Source: Auanema rhodensis (taxonomy: Eukaryota > Animalia > Nematoda). From it: DNA of 64,000 bases. Positions 43,694 to 52,881 of the stretch are shown here, piece after piece; position 1 is the first letter of the stretch, and the number at the start of each line of letters is the position of its first letter. The DNA lies in contig OZ059897.1 in NCBI GenBank assembly GCA_964057225.1, forward strand, positions 10,106,001 through 10,170,000. The letters run 5' to 3'. The position numbers were made by a program, and so were the translations under genes. The notes beneath the pieces were generated by a model. The model saw only the letters and a program-made list of their open reading frames with translations, made no database searches and was not told where the DNA came from.

Positions 43694-44707
43694 AGTAGAG
43701 AGCCGTGCAAAATTTACTAACCACGCCCCCAAACAGCTGTCAAAAACATACTTTTGGGGGCGTCAGCTGCTAAAAACATACTTTTGGGGAGCGTCAGCTG
43801 TTAAAATCATATTTTGGCATCATGGTTCATGGATTTTCCTTTTTTAAATTTAAAAATCATGATTTAAAGCATGATTTTTTTTAAAATCAAATTTTAAATT
43901 TGTTTATTCAAATGTATGTATATAGTTTTAATTATTTTTAAATATATTAAGTAAAAATAAAAATTATAAATTTTAAATATTTAAATTATATTTAAATTTT
44001 ATATATATATAAATTATATTTAAACTTTAAATAATTAAATTATATTTAAATTTTATATATATAAATTATATTTAAACTTTAAATTTTATATATAAATTAT
44101 ATTTAAATATTTAAATATTTAAATATGTAAATTTGTTTTTAAATTTTATTTATTTCTTTATTTCTTTATTTCTTTATTAAATTTATTAATAATGTTTGTT
44201 TACTTATTTTGTTTATTTTTTATTGTATTGTGTTTGTATTGTTTTTATTTTAAAAAACAGTAAAATTTTTGCATGTATATCGTTTTGTTCACCGTACTTG
44301 TTATGGGTAATTCAATGGAACCCATATCGAAGGTTAATTCGATAAGAACGATATGAAATACCAAAATTTAATGGAACACATATCGAAAGTTAATTCGATA
44401 AGAACGATATGAAATAAAAAATTTAATGGAACACATATCGAAGGTTAATTCGATAAGAACGATATGAAATACCAAAATTTAATGGAACACATATCGAAGG
44501 TTAATTCGATAAGAACGACATTAAATTATTAATTTTTGAAATTACAAATTGTTATTAATTATATTTATTCTAACAAGTAAAGGTTTCAAATTATAATAAA
44601 AGATTAGTTTTAAACTTTATTTTACTAATATAACAATACAATAACTAAATAGAGCACACATTGAAGGTAAATACAATAAGATTAACAAACAGTTGCGCTG
44701 ACCTCAA
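43694..44707 (+). repeat. Maverick left terminal inverted repeat (~1014 bp)
   Basis: 44003-44707 is the reverse complement of 58427-59110; 43694-44005 matches 60996-61334. Confidence 0.95.
44314..44520 (+). repeat. 55-56 bp tandem repeat (~3.7 copies) inside the TIR; mirrored at ~58615-58820
   Basis: Unit atggaacacatatcgaaggttaattcgataagaacgatatgaaataccaaaattta starts at 44315, 44371, 44426 and 44482. Confidence 0.92.
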
Positions 44708-45176
44708 CGCACATCGATGGTTAATAAACACTAATAACTGCACTGTGGGGGTCTAAATATAGGATAATCATTTTAACATTTCAAAAGTTTTAGTTTCGTA
44801 ATATAATCATTATTAAATATTCAAGAATGAAATATTTTTTACATATAAAACGTTGGCAGTCATATGTTTTGTGGTACAATATGGGTTTAAAAGTATACTA
44901 TGATTAATATATGAGCTATTAAGCAAAGTTTAAAAAGCGTAAATGTTTTACAGAGATGGCTGTTGTTTATGGCACAAACGGTAAACAATAATGTTTAAAG
45001 AGATGTAAAAACTAATTAATATGCAGATTGTTTACAGGTTCAGAGTGCGCCAACTGCTGGCAACTGTCGATGAGATGAGTATATCTGCATAAATATGCTG
45101 TAAAATCTAATTAATAAAAGAATTTCATCAGCAAACTTGATTGTAACACAATGGGTTGTACTTTACAAAAATCTTT

Positions 45177-45186
45177 GTATAAAAGG
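45177..45186 (+). promoter_or_regulatory. Putative TATA box of the TIR-proximal gene
   Basis: GTATAAAAGG about 160 bp upstream of ATG 45337. Confidence 0.5.
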
Positions 45187-45336
45187 TTGGCAATTTTGCA
45201 ACATTTACATTTCAGCTCTGCCGACTATCCGAGGATCCGACGTTTCACCATCTCCTGCCACTCTTTGCCATTCGCCATAGACTGCTCCTCTCTGCAAGTT
45301 TGCCTTATATTTTAGAAAGTTGGATCTTTAGCGGAA

Positions 45337-45925
45337 ATGAAGCGTGCTGTACTTGCTGATGTGACAAATGTTGTGCGCAAATCGCCTGAACCTCAAGTAC
45401 CACGACCACCCACACCAGCTCCAAATTTTACAAGTTTTGGTATGAACCTTAACTTGTATTTTTTAAATCTTTAATTTAGATTCACCAATAAAGCAGATGG
45501 AGATTCTGAGAGAGAGCACTCCACCAAGGAGTGTATTAATGAGACCAATTTGTCTCTGCAAAACTTGTAGGGAATCATTGCAGGTTATAGACGAGTATCA
45601 CTGTTTCAGCCTCTGTATAAAGTGTAGAGGAAGGAATGATGCGTTGGGTCTTTTGAAGGAATTTCGTCACTATAAGCCCGAAAAGTTCTCTATTAATGTA
45701 AGCTTGCATATTTATTTATTTTCAATTTTATCATTTTTTTTTTAGATGCGCTCTTATAACACCATGACGTGCAAGCAATTGTTGAACAATATGGGCTATA
45801 TTGTTATATATGCAGATGAGGCTACTGTAAAGACTTTTGGTTATAAGCAGAATGTATTCTACTTTAAACTAAGTCCAGAAGCACTCAACCTGAACATGTT
45901 TATCCGCTTTGATCCTTCATTTTGA
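45337..45925 (+). CDS. Maverick spliced accessory gene (exons 45337-45439, 45480-45697, 45746-45925; 166 aa): D-box, CDK-type sites, CxxC/CxxC zinc finger
   Basis: GT-AG introns of 40 and 48 nt keep frame: MKRAVLADVTNVVRKSPEPQVPRPPTPAPNFTSFDSPIKQMEILRESTPPRS...CKTC...CIKC...FDPSF*. Confidence 0.7.
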
Positions 45926-46220
45926 CTACAACAAGCACAAATAGTACAATTGGCGTTTTATTCTTGTTTTGTTATGTGGCATTTTTATATTCTCAGCCGT
46001 AACATTTTTTTTTTCCAGCTCTTGCGAATATCCATCAATGGCTCATCAATTGAGGACGAATGATCAACCAACTGGTAAGAATTTGAAAATTTGAATAGTC
46101 TACATTTTTTTTTTCCAGGTTGAATTGTTGTTTGTATTTTGCTGGTTTTTTATTGTTACATTATGCGATATATCAAATAAATCATTTATTATAATTACAA
46201 TTGTTTATAACATTGAAAAA

Positions 46221-47288
46221 TTATACATTTAAATTTTCTGCATCTATCCATTCATTAAAGTTGTCGGGATATCCACTCCATTTTACAAATACTTGACGTT
46301 TACCGCTTCGAGTACGCTCTTTTAAAACTTTTTCTATATAGTACTTGTTACTTTTATTAGTAGCCAAGACAAGTTCAGGTTCGTAGAATATTCCCTTTAT
46401 ACGTTCACCATTATAATCTACAAGTTTATACACGGTTGGGTTTCCGGTTACAACCTCATCAATTGTGAATAGCTCCATTGTATATCCAGACTCGTAGCTT
46501 TTTTCAAAAGTACGCCTATTTTTGCTTATGCGAACAGTATCACCAATTTTAAAGCGGCTTTTAACAGCTGGTGCATATTCTTCAATGAATATATTTGCTT
46601 TAACATCAATGGGCCGCATTTTAATTGACCGATTATAAGATTTATTTATTCCTTCAACCAAGTCATCTAGGATATCAATCCATCGATGATTATTCTTGTA
46701 ATAGAGATATTTCATCATGCGTGTTTTTAAAGTTCTATTTGCTCGCTCCACCATTGCAGCCTTTTGTGGTGAACTTGTAGATCCGTGCAGTATGGCAAAC
46801 TTTTTGAATAGTTTTTCACAATGACTATTATAAAACTCTGTGCCATTATCAGTAATCAACTGAATTGGTATAAAATTCTTGAATAAATTTTCAAATGCAC
46901 TAGCAACCTCTATACCACCTTTAGTTTTCAAAGGCCTAACATATAACATGCGTGTATAAACATCAATCATGGTCAACATGTAAGCATAGCCGTCGTTTAA
47001 TTTTTTATATTTTTGCATATCAACCAAATCTGCTTGCACTGTTAGAAATCGACCACATCCTCTAGTCTTTCTAGTCTGCATACGCATTCTGGTTGGTTTA
47101 TGTCGTGTAAAAGTTTCAGAATCTTGCAAAAAATCATCAACTTGTACCTTTGAAATGCCATGTTTTCGTGCTTGCGATAATAAATTCTTGGCTGATGTAT
47201 ATGAAGCTGGGTGTTTTATATCGTAATAAATGCTCGCCAAAATATCATTTCCATAATCTAATGTAGAACCTTTTACGACCTTGGCCAT
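46221..47288 (-). CDS. Maverick retroviral-like (c-int) integrase with C-terminal chromodomain
   Basis: DDE: QADLVDM, ITDNGTEF, AMVERANRTLK; chromodomain YYIEKVLKER...VKWSGYPDNFNEWI; ATG 47288 preferred. Confidence 0.96.
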   Translation of the reverse strand: MAKVVKGSTLDYGNDILASIYYDIKHPASYTSAKNLLSQARKHGISKVQVDDFLQDSETFTRHKPTRMRMQTRKTRGCGRFLTVQADLVDMQKYKKLNDGYAYMLTMIDVYTRMLYVRPLKTKGGIEVASAFENLFKNFIPIQLITDNGTEFYNSHCEKLFKKFAILHGSTSSPQKAAMVERANRTLKTRMMKYLYYKNNHRWIDILDDLVEGINKSYNRSIKMRPIDVKANIFIEEYAPAVKSRFKIGDTVRISKNRRTFEKSYESGYTMELFTIDEVVTGNPTVYKLVDYNGERIKGIFYEPELVLATNKSNKYYIEKVLKERTRSGKRQVFVKWSGYPDNFNEWIDAENLNV

Positions 47289-47961
47289 TCTGTGAGTCTC
47301 CTTCTTGTGGTGTGTAATATGATTCGGCGGCAGTGTCAAAAGTCTTTGACCTTTTACTTTTGAGTGTACGAATCGGTGATGGTGAATATCGAATAACAGC
47401 TTTACGATGACGAGGCGTTCTAGGTAATATAGTAGAGTCCAAGTCTGTAACAGCCGGTTCAGCTCTAGTTACAACGTCAACTGAATCATTGTCAGTCGAC
47501 TCTCTTCTAGTTTGTTTCTTGTTAGAACTAGGTACGCCTTTACTGGCTAAAAACTTTGACAAGACTGAAAATCCATTGGGCTCCGTTTTTGTTTTATCCA
47601 ATACAAAATCTAAAATTTTTGTAATATTCGTGTTTGGTACAGCCTCATTATTAATCACAAGTTGATTACTCTTGTTTGTGCGCACCTCTGGAAATTTCTC
47701 CCACAAATTGTTATACTTTCTTGGCAACTTGTATTCTGGCAATAGAGGTGGATCAGCATTTTCCACTTGTACTGATATGGGCGCATCTATACTTTCTCTA
47801 TAGTTTTTGAGACGAGCAATCAAGTCTTCGTATAGTTCAGCCTTTTTATAGTCGGGTATAGCTCTATTTTCTCGTAAAAGCTTGAGCTCTGCATCAAACT
47901 TGTCTATATTAATTGTTTCCTCGTCGACAGGAATTAGTCGATATTTATGGTTGAGCTTCAT
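47245..47961 (-). CDS. Maverick ORF of unknown function, basic S/T-P-rich tail
   Basis: 238 aa intact ORF in the ATPase-INT run; PRTPRHRK...SPSPIR; ends QNGQGRKRFYIRLWK. Confidence 0.8.
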   Translation of the reverse strand: MKLNHKYRLIPVDEETINIDKFDAELKLLRENRAIPDYKKAELYEDLIARLKNYRESIDAPISVQVENADPPLLPEYKLPRKYNNLWEKFPEVRTNKSNQLVINNEAVPNTNITKILDFVLDKTKTEPNGFSVLSKFLASKGVPSSNKKQTRRESTDNDSVDVVTRAEPAVTDLDSTILPRTPRHRKAVIRYSPSPIRTLKSKRSKTFDTAAESYYTPQEGDSQNGQGRKRFYIRLWK

Positions 47962-48266
47962 GATTTAAAACCAAAATAGGCAATACCACATGTAACTATT
48001 GTTTTCAATTGTTTGTGTGAAAGCGTTGCCAATAATGATTTAGCCTTTTCCGGTGTGCGTATCAAAGCTATTTGACGTAATAATGAAGATATGGGCAAGA
48101 GGGTTTTATATTCCTTGTTAGTTAAAAGAAAATTATTATTTTTCACAATATTAAATACAATTTCAACAATAATTTCAATTTGTGCAAAAGAAAATGAGGA
48201 AACAGAACAAGGAGTTTTGGCGCAAGAAGACAAAAAGTTGAAATTTGACAAAATACGACCACTCAT
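47958..48266 (-). CDS. Maverick small ORF of unknown function (102 aa)
   Basis: Tightly packed; its stop overlaps the next start (ATGA). Confidence 0.7.
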   Translation of the reverse strand: MSGRILSNFNFLSSCAKTPCSVSSFSFAQIEIIVEIVFNIVKNNNFLLTNKEYKTLLPISSLLRQIALIRTPEKAKSLLATLSHKQLKTIVTCGIAYFGFKS

Positions 48267-48278
48267 TGAACAAGCACT

Positions 48279-48926
48279 TTAAACACTAAACACATTTCTG
48301 GCAACATAAACAATAGGGTTCTCCGCTGTTATAACAGATAGTATACGCTGCTTCTCACTTGTTAAAGGATGATTGTCAATCAGTAAATGACTATAGGGAG
48401 TAGACATTGCATCATCATACGCCTCTAGAGCATTTTTGAAACGTGGCCCAAATAATTGCTGCAGACAATTACGTATTTGTAATATATCTGAATGACTTTT
48501 CATCAGTATTATATATGTACTATTGATTCGACTGGTCCTGTCCAGTTGAAATGTCGCTTGCACAAGATTAAACACTGCCAAATTCCAGTGATGAGCCCAT
48601 ACTGTAAAAATGTTGTTGAGTAATTCCTTTGCTGCTTTATTCGATGAAAAAAAGTTCATCAAATCATCCAGCACTAGTATAGTATTTACTCCCTTTTGTT
48701 CTTTTATCAAATCAGGATCAGGAGGCCCTTGAATAATTATTAAACGCTCATCATTTATTGGTACACCTGACGATGACCCACATTGACTAAACCAGAATAT
48801 TCTATCAATGGGGACGTTGAAAAACTTTTCAGTATTTTCACATATGTGCTTTATGAGGGTTGTTTTACCGCATTGGGTAGCACCTATTACAGTTGTCTGA
48901 CTGGGTAGTTTGAAGCTGAAAACCAT
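48279..48926 (-). CDS. A32-like genome-packaging ATPase
   Basis: Walker A GATQCGKT, Walker B ILVLDD, AHHWNLAVFNLVQ, SRINSTYII. Confidence 0.95.
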   Translation of the reverse strand: MVFSFKLPSQTTVIGATQCGKTTLIKHICENTEKFFNVPIDRIFWFSQCGSSSGVPINDERLIIIQGPPDPDLIKEQKGVNTILVLDDLMNFFSSNKAAKELLNNIFTVWAHHWNLAVFNLVQATFQLDRTSRINSTYIILMKSHSDILQIRNCLQQLFGPRFKNALEAYDDAMSTPYSHLLIDNHPLTSEKQRILSVITAENPIVYVARNVFSV

Positions 48927-49005
48927 AATCAACCACTCGTAAATGTACCTAAAATGCAAATGATTTCATTTGCAATAGTGTACACGTATCAAGTGGTGGT
49001 TTGTC

Positions 49006-49863
49006 ATGGATGATTTTTACATTACTCTTCCATCATCAGTTGACTCTGAAAAAAGTAATACATCATCAGTGTTTCTTACCAGATTACCTGAAACACTAAG
49101 GCTACGCAATAATAGATATTGCATTGGGCTGACAGACATCATTTTTCCTTGTTCTATATTAAATGTTCAAAAAGATTTATCTTATACACTACGTTTTTCC
49201 AATAGAAAATTTATTCTACACTTGCCTAAAGGCAACTATGCAAATGGTGATGAAATAATACGCGGAATCAATGCTGGAAGAGAATCATTTATCGCCAACA
49301 ATACAAAGCCTCTTGGAGCTGAGGAAGAAGCACGTATAAAAAGTTTAATAGATAAAGATGAAGATGTAAAAAAATGGTATAATAATCGCCAGGCTGAGGC
49401 TAAGCTAGTGGAGGAAATGCTCGCAGACGCCACATTTCAGTTTAACAAAACATTGCAGCGCATAGAGTTTGTAACAAGCAAGCGACTATTAATGAATGCA
49501 ACGCTTGGTGATGATTTTGCATATTTTCTTGGTTTTGAAAATAAAAACATCAACGATACAATAATAGCCAGGCGTCCCATTGATTTTTCAAATAACATTA
49601 ATACAATGTATATATATTGTGATATTGTAGAATATTCCATTCTTGGTAATGTGAAAGCTAATTTACTTGCATGTTTGCCTGTACCACCTCCTACTGAATT
49701 TGGTAAAATGATTGCCAAAACATTTAATCCTATTCGTTATGTACCAATCACTAGACAAACACTCGATACCATACGTATTGAAATTTTAGATGAATTTGGT
49801 CGTCCTATGCAATTTAATTATGGTTCTACAGTTGTTACATTGCATGTTAAAAATATGAAATAA
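49006..49863 (+). CDS. Minor capsid protein (penton, single jelly roll)
   Basis: FYITLPS N-terminus, YIYCDIV...GNVKANLL, F.PIRYVP...I.IEILDEFGRP..F.YG..VVTLH typical of Polinton mCP. Confidence 0.88.
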   Translation: MDDFYITLPSSVDSEKSNTSSVFLTRLPETLRLRNNRYCIGLTDIIFPCSILNVQKDLSYTLRFSNRKFILHLPKGNYANGDEIIRGINAGRESFIANNTKPLGAEEEARIKSLIDKDEDVKKWYNNRQAEAKLVEEMLADATFQFNKTLQRIEFVTSKRLLMNATLGDDFAYFLGFENKNINDTIIARRPIDFSNNINTMYIYCDIVEYSILGNVKANLLACLPVPPPTEFGKMIAKTFNPIRYVPITRQTLDTIRIEILDEFGRPMQFNYGSTVVTLHVKNMK

Positions 49864-49868
49864 ACGTT

Positions 49869-50333
49869 TTATTCAACAGTTATACAATACCACATTTTTA
49901 TTTTCGAAGGTTTAAAAGATAGTTTAGGGCAGTTTTGTTTTTCGCTCGGCTCGTGTTGTGAATGTTCTCCGTCACTATTGCTGCGGCATCTTTTTGATTG
50001 GGTTGAATGTACAAACTCCTCAGCTTTTTCAAAGGGTTTGCTGGTATCATTTCCATCACCATCTTCACCATTCGTTCCATTATTATTATGAATACGCCGA
50101 ATATGACGCTCACAATTGAATCTTGTTCCAAAAGTTTCACTACAATGAGGGCACAAACGTCTACGAACACCATCCAAATGTCCATATTTTTGAATAAAGT
50201 CAGTATTGCTGATATAATTGTTACATATGGGTTGAATCCCTGCATGTCTTTTCAAAACGTGATCACTAAAATGCTTGGTTGAAGAAAATATTTCCTTGCA
50301 TGTACCACAATATTTGTTACATAAAAGTTCCAT
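49869..50333 (-). CDS. Maverick C2H2 zinc-finger accessory protein
   Basis: CGTCKEIFSSTKHFSDHVLKRH and CPHCSETFGTRFNCERHIRRIH; ATG 50333 preferred. Confidence 0.8.
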   Translation of the reverse strand: MELLCNKYCGTCKEIFSSTKHFSDHVLKRHAGIQPICNNYISNTDFIQKYGHLDGVRRRLCPHCSETFGTRFNCERHIRRIHNNNGTNGEDGDGNDTSKPFEKAEEFVHSTQSKRCRSNSDGEHSQHEPSEKQNCPKLSFKPSKIKMWYCITVE

Positions 50334-50374
50334 TAGAGGAAAATGAAAAACGACCACACGCAATCAACCCACTT

Positions 50375-50581
50375 TTATATAATGAGCAATAATATGACTA
50401 GTGTTGTACAAAAGCCCAATCCCAATGCTATACCTTTAATAAATGGCACTGAAATACATTTCAACATTCTCCTGTATAAAGGCGCTGGTTTAGATTGCTC
50501 CAACGTGTATTTGACACATAATTCACAGTGACAAGGAATATTCATAACTGACCACGTAATGTAGCAGGTTATTAATGACAA
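50375..50581 (-). CDS. Small putative tail-anchored membrane protein (start 50581 or 50545)
   Basis: CHCELC motif; C-terminal hydrophobic GIALGLGFCTTLVILLLII; fills the gap between PRO and ZnF. Confidence 0.55.
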   Translation of the reverse strand: MSLITCYITWSVMNIPCHCELCVKYTLEQSKPAPLYRRMLKCISVPFIKGIALGLGFCTTLVILLLII

Positions 50582-50586
50582 ATTTC

Positions 50587-51042
50587 TTATATAGTAGCCA
50601 ATTTATAGTCGAATACTTTATGCATAAACGCTTTAATAAAGACATCATCATTTTTCAATAGTTTAAAAAATGAACAAATGCTTTCAAATGAATTACCAGC
50701 CGACAACATTAGTATTACAAATACCACATAGCCACCACAAGTGTATTCAATTAAACGTTGTGGTTTGCAAGTATTAATTTTTACCTTTTTATATTTGGCC
50801 AGATAATTTTGAATGTACTTGTTCATTTTATATCCCAAGCTACAGAAAAAATAGGCTTGCTTGTTACGGACAAAGATGACCTGCCAATGTGTGCCTGGCT
50901 TATCATGTGTGTCAGTATTTACGACAAGTGCAAAGTTTTTACGACGCGTTTTGGGTAGAGTATCAGCGCTATATACACCGAGGAATAGTTTCCGAGTGCT
51001 GGGGACAGATTGCAATAGTGATACTATTTCAGACGAATACAT
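50587..51042 (-). CDS. Adenain-like (C5) maturation cysteine protease
   Basis: FLGVYSAD, VNTDTHDKPGTHW, PQ....YTCGGY; His and Cys present, but the usual acidic triad residue appears as FFCSLG. Confidence 0.92.
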   Translation of the reverse strand: MYSSEIVSLLQSVPSTRKLFLGVYSADTLPKTRRKNFALVVNTDTHDKPGTHWQVIFVRNKQAYFFCSLGYKMNKYIQNYLAKYKKVKINTCKPQRLIEYTCGGYVVFVILMLSAGNSFESICSFFKLLKNDDVFIKAFMHKVFDYKLATI

Positions 51043-51093
51043 TTTAGTAGAATGATCTAGTGTAACTTTTGTATTGCGCGCGTGCGGTTCGAT

Positions 51094-51546
51094 ATGCCGC
51101 ACCTCCTTTTGGATGTCAACTCTATTCAATGGACAACACTTTTAAATCAACAAATGGGTGGCGCCCCATTTAGCGGAATGATGTTTCAACGTGGAATGCA
51201 GAGGGGTCATGGTTTGGGTGGTATTTTGGCAACTTTGGCATCATTTCTACCACGCATCATTCAATCACCTATAGCCCAAAATCTCATCAATGCCGGAAGA
51301 AACGCCTTATCCAGGGCTGTAAGCAAAAGTCCAGTTGTAAATTCACCTCTTGGCGGACAGTTGCTGAAAACTGGTAATGAAATTGTCGATGGGGTGCTGA
51401 AAGGCGATAATATCAAGGAAACTCTTAAAACAGCCGGCCGGCAAGCTATACGAGATCTTACCGGCTTGGGCAAACGGCGACGACGCAAAACCACAAAACC
51501 TCATAAGCGGTTGTGGATCACTCGTGAGCGGTCGTTTCACATTTAA
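51094..51546 (+). CDS. Gly-rich basic putative virion core/membrane-active precursor
   Basis: QRGHGLGGILATLASFLPRII amphipathic helix; LTGLGKRRRRK basic tail; abuts the MCP ATG. Confidence 0.75.
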   Translation: MPHLLLDVNSIQWTTLLNQQMGGAPFSGMMFQRGMQRGHGLGGILATLASFLPRIIQSPIAQNLINAGRNALSRAVSKSPVVNSPLGGQLLKTGNEIVDGVLKGDNIKETLKTAGRQAIRDLTGLGKRRRRKTTKPHKRLWITRERSFHI

Positions 51547-52881
51547 ATGGCTAAATTGATAGATTCAAAATCAGCACAAGCCCTTTTACCTAATATCAAC
51601 TATGGTGATATACCAGCGTCGGCATTAGGTGTAGAGTCTACTCGTACTGTACAAGTCCCTTTGAAAAATACGTTTCTTCCTCAAGGACCATGGGAATTTG
51701 TTATAGCTCAAAATTCCAAATCATTCCTCAATCTGAGAAGATGTTGGTTGAATGTAAAATTTAAAATTGTAACCACAAACGGTGATCCAGTACCAGACAA
51801 CCTTGTTTTTGCACCATGTCAACAATTTGCTGCCAGTTTAATACATTCGTATCATTTGAAAATTGGTGATGTTAGCGTGTATGACTCTACCGTGAATCAT
51901 GCCTATAAAACATATATCGAGAATATTTTAATGTATAGCAACGATGTTAAAGAGAGCAAACTTGCCATATCAGGCTATTATGCTGATAGATATATAGATA
52001 ATGCATCCAGTGCTGGATTTAGAACGCGTCAAGCACTTGTAAAAAATGGCATATTGTGTGAGATGGCTGCTCCCGTCAGTATCGACCTATTTAATCAAGA
52101 GCGACTGTTTGTAAACTATTCAAAAATGGAGCTAACTGCATATCCAAACCGTGATAACTTTTTAATTGACACTCTAGGCTGGAATAATGAAAACAAGGAT
52201 ACTACATTAAAGGAGGAGTTTCCAAATTTGAAAGTAGATATCAGCGATGTACATTTGCTCATTCAAGAGTTTGATCTAAACGCTGGATTAGCTATGGCTA
52301 TAGAAGATAAACTCGCAAAGGATCGAATACACTACCCCATGACATCAGTGAAAATGCGCTCTTATTTCATAGAAGGAGGCCGCTTGGATTCACCTAATAA
52401 TATATTATTCACGTCTCACACACCAAAACGTGTTGTAGTAGGTCTTGTTGGCGCACACGCCTATAATGGTACTTTTAAACATTCGCCATTCAACTTTAAA
52501 CCGTTTGATTTGAAAAATATATACTTGACGCTCAACAATAGGGTAATACCTACCCGTCCTTATAATTTAGAATGGCGATCTTCCTATGCCACAGCATATA
52601 TTGACATGCTGGAAGGTTTGGGGCTTGGTCGTACAGATTCATCCAATGGTATTACACCAGCAATGTATAAAGTTGGTTTCACATTTTTTGTATTTGATAT
52701 TAGTCGTACTGTGCATTCGTCAGAGTTATTTGATGTTATACGACAAGGTAATGTAGCCTTGAAATTGGAATTTGGTCAACAAACGCCGCAAGAGGGCTTA
52801 TATGCAATTGTTTATGCAGAGTATGACTCTATTCTTTCCATTGACAACAATCGTGCTCCATATATTGATACCAGTTTGTAA
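51547..52881 (+). CDS. Major capsid protein (double jelly roll)
   Basis: 444 aa; HAYKTYIENILMY, DLFNQERL, PKRVVVGLV...YNG....PFNFKPFDL, YAEYDSILSID are Polinton MCP hallmarks. Confidence 0.94.
   Translation: MAKLIDSKSAQALLPNINYGDIPASALGVESTRTVQVPLKNTFLPQGPWEFVIAQNSKSFLNLRRCWLNVKFKIVTTNGDPVPDNLVFAPCQQFAASLIHSYHLKIGDVSVYDSTVNHAYKTYIENILMYSNDVKESKLAISGYYADRYIDNASSAGFRTRQALVKNGILCEMAAPVSIDLFNQERLFVNYSKMELTAYPNRDNFLIDTLGWNNENKDTTLKEEFPNLKVDISDVHLLIQEFDLNAGLAMAIEDKLAKDRIHYPMTSVKMRSYFIEGGRLDSPNNILFTSHTPKRVVVGLVGAHAYNGTFKHSPFNFKPFDLKNIYLTLNNRVIPTRPYNLEWRSSYATAYIDMLEGLGLGRTDSSNGITPAMYKVGFTFFVFDISRTVHSSELFDVIRQGNVALKLEFGQQTPQEGLYAIVYAEYDSILSIDNNRAPYIDTSL

Noticed and set aside
44314-44520. CRISPR-like array of palindromic repeats
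   Set aside because: Units are contiguous tandem copies with no unique spacers; eukaryotic context; no cas genes
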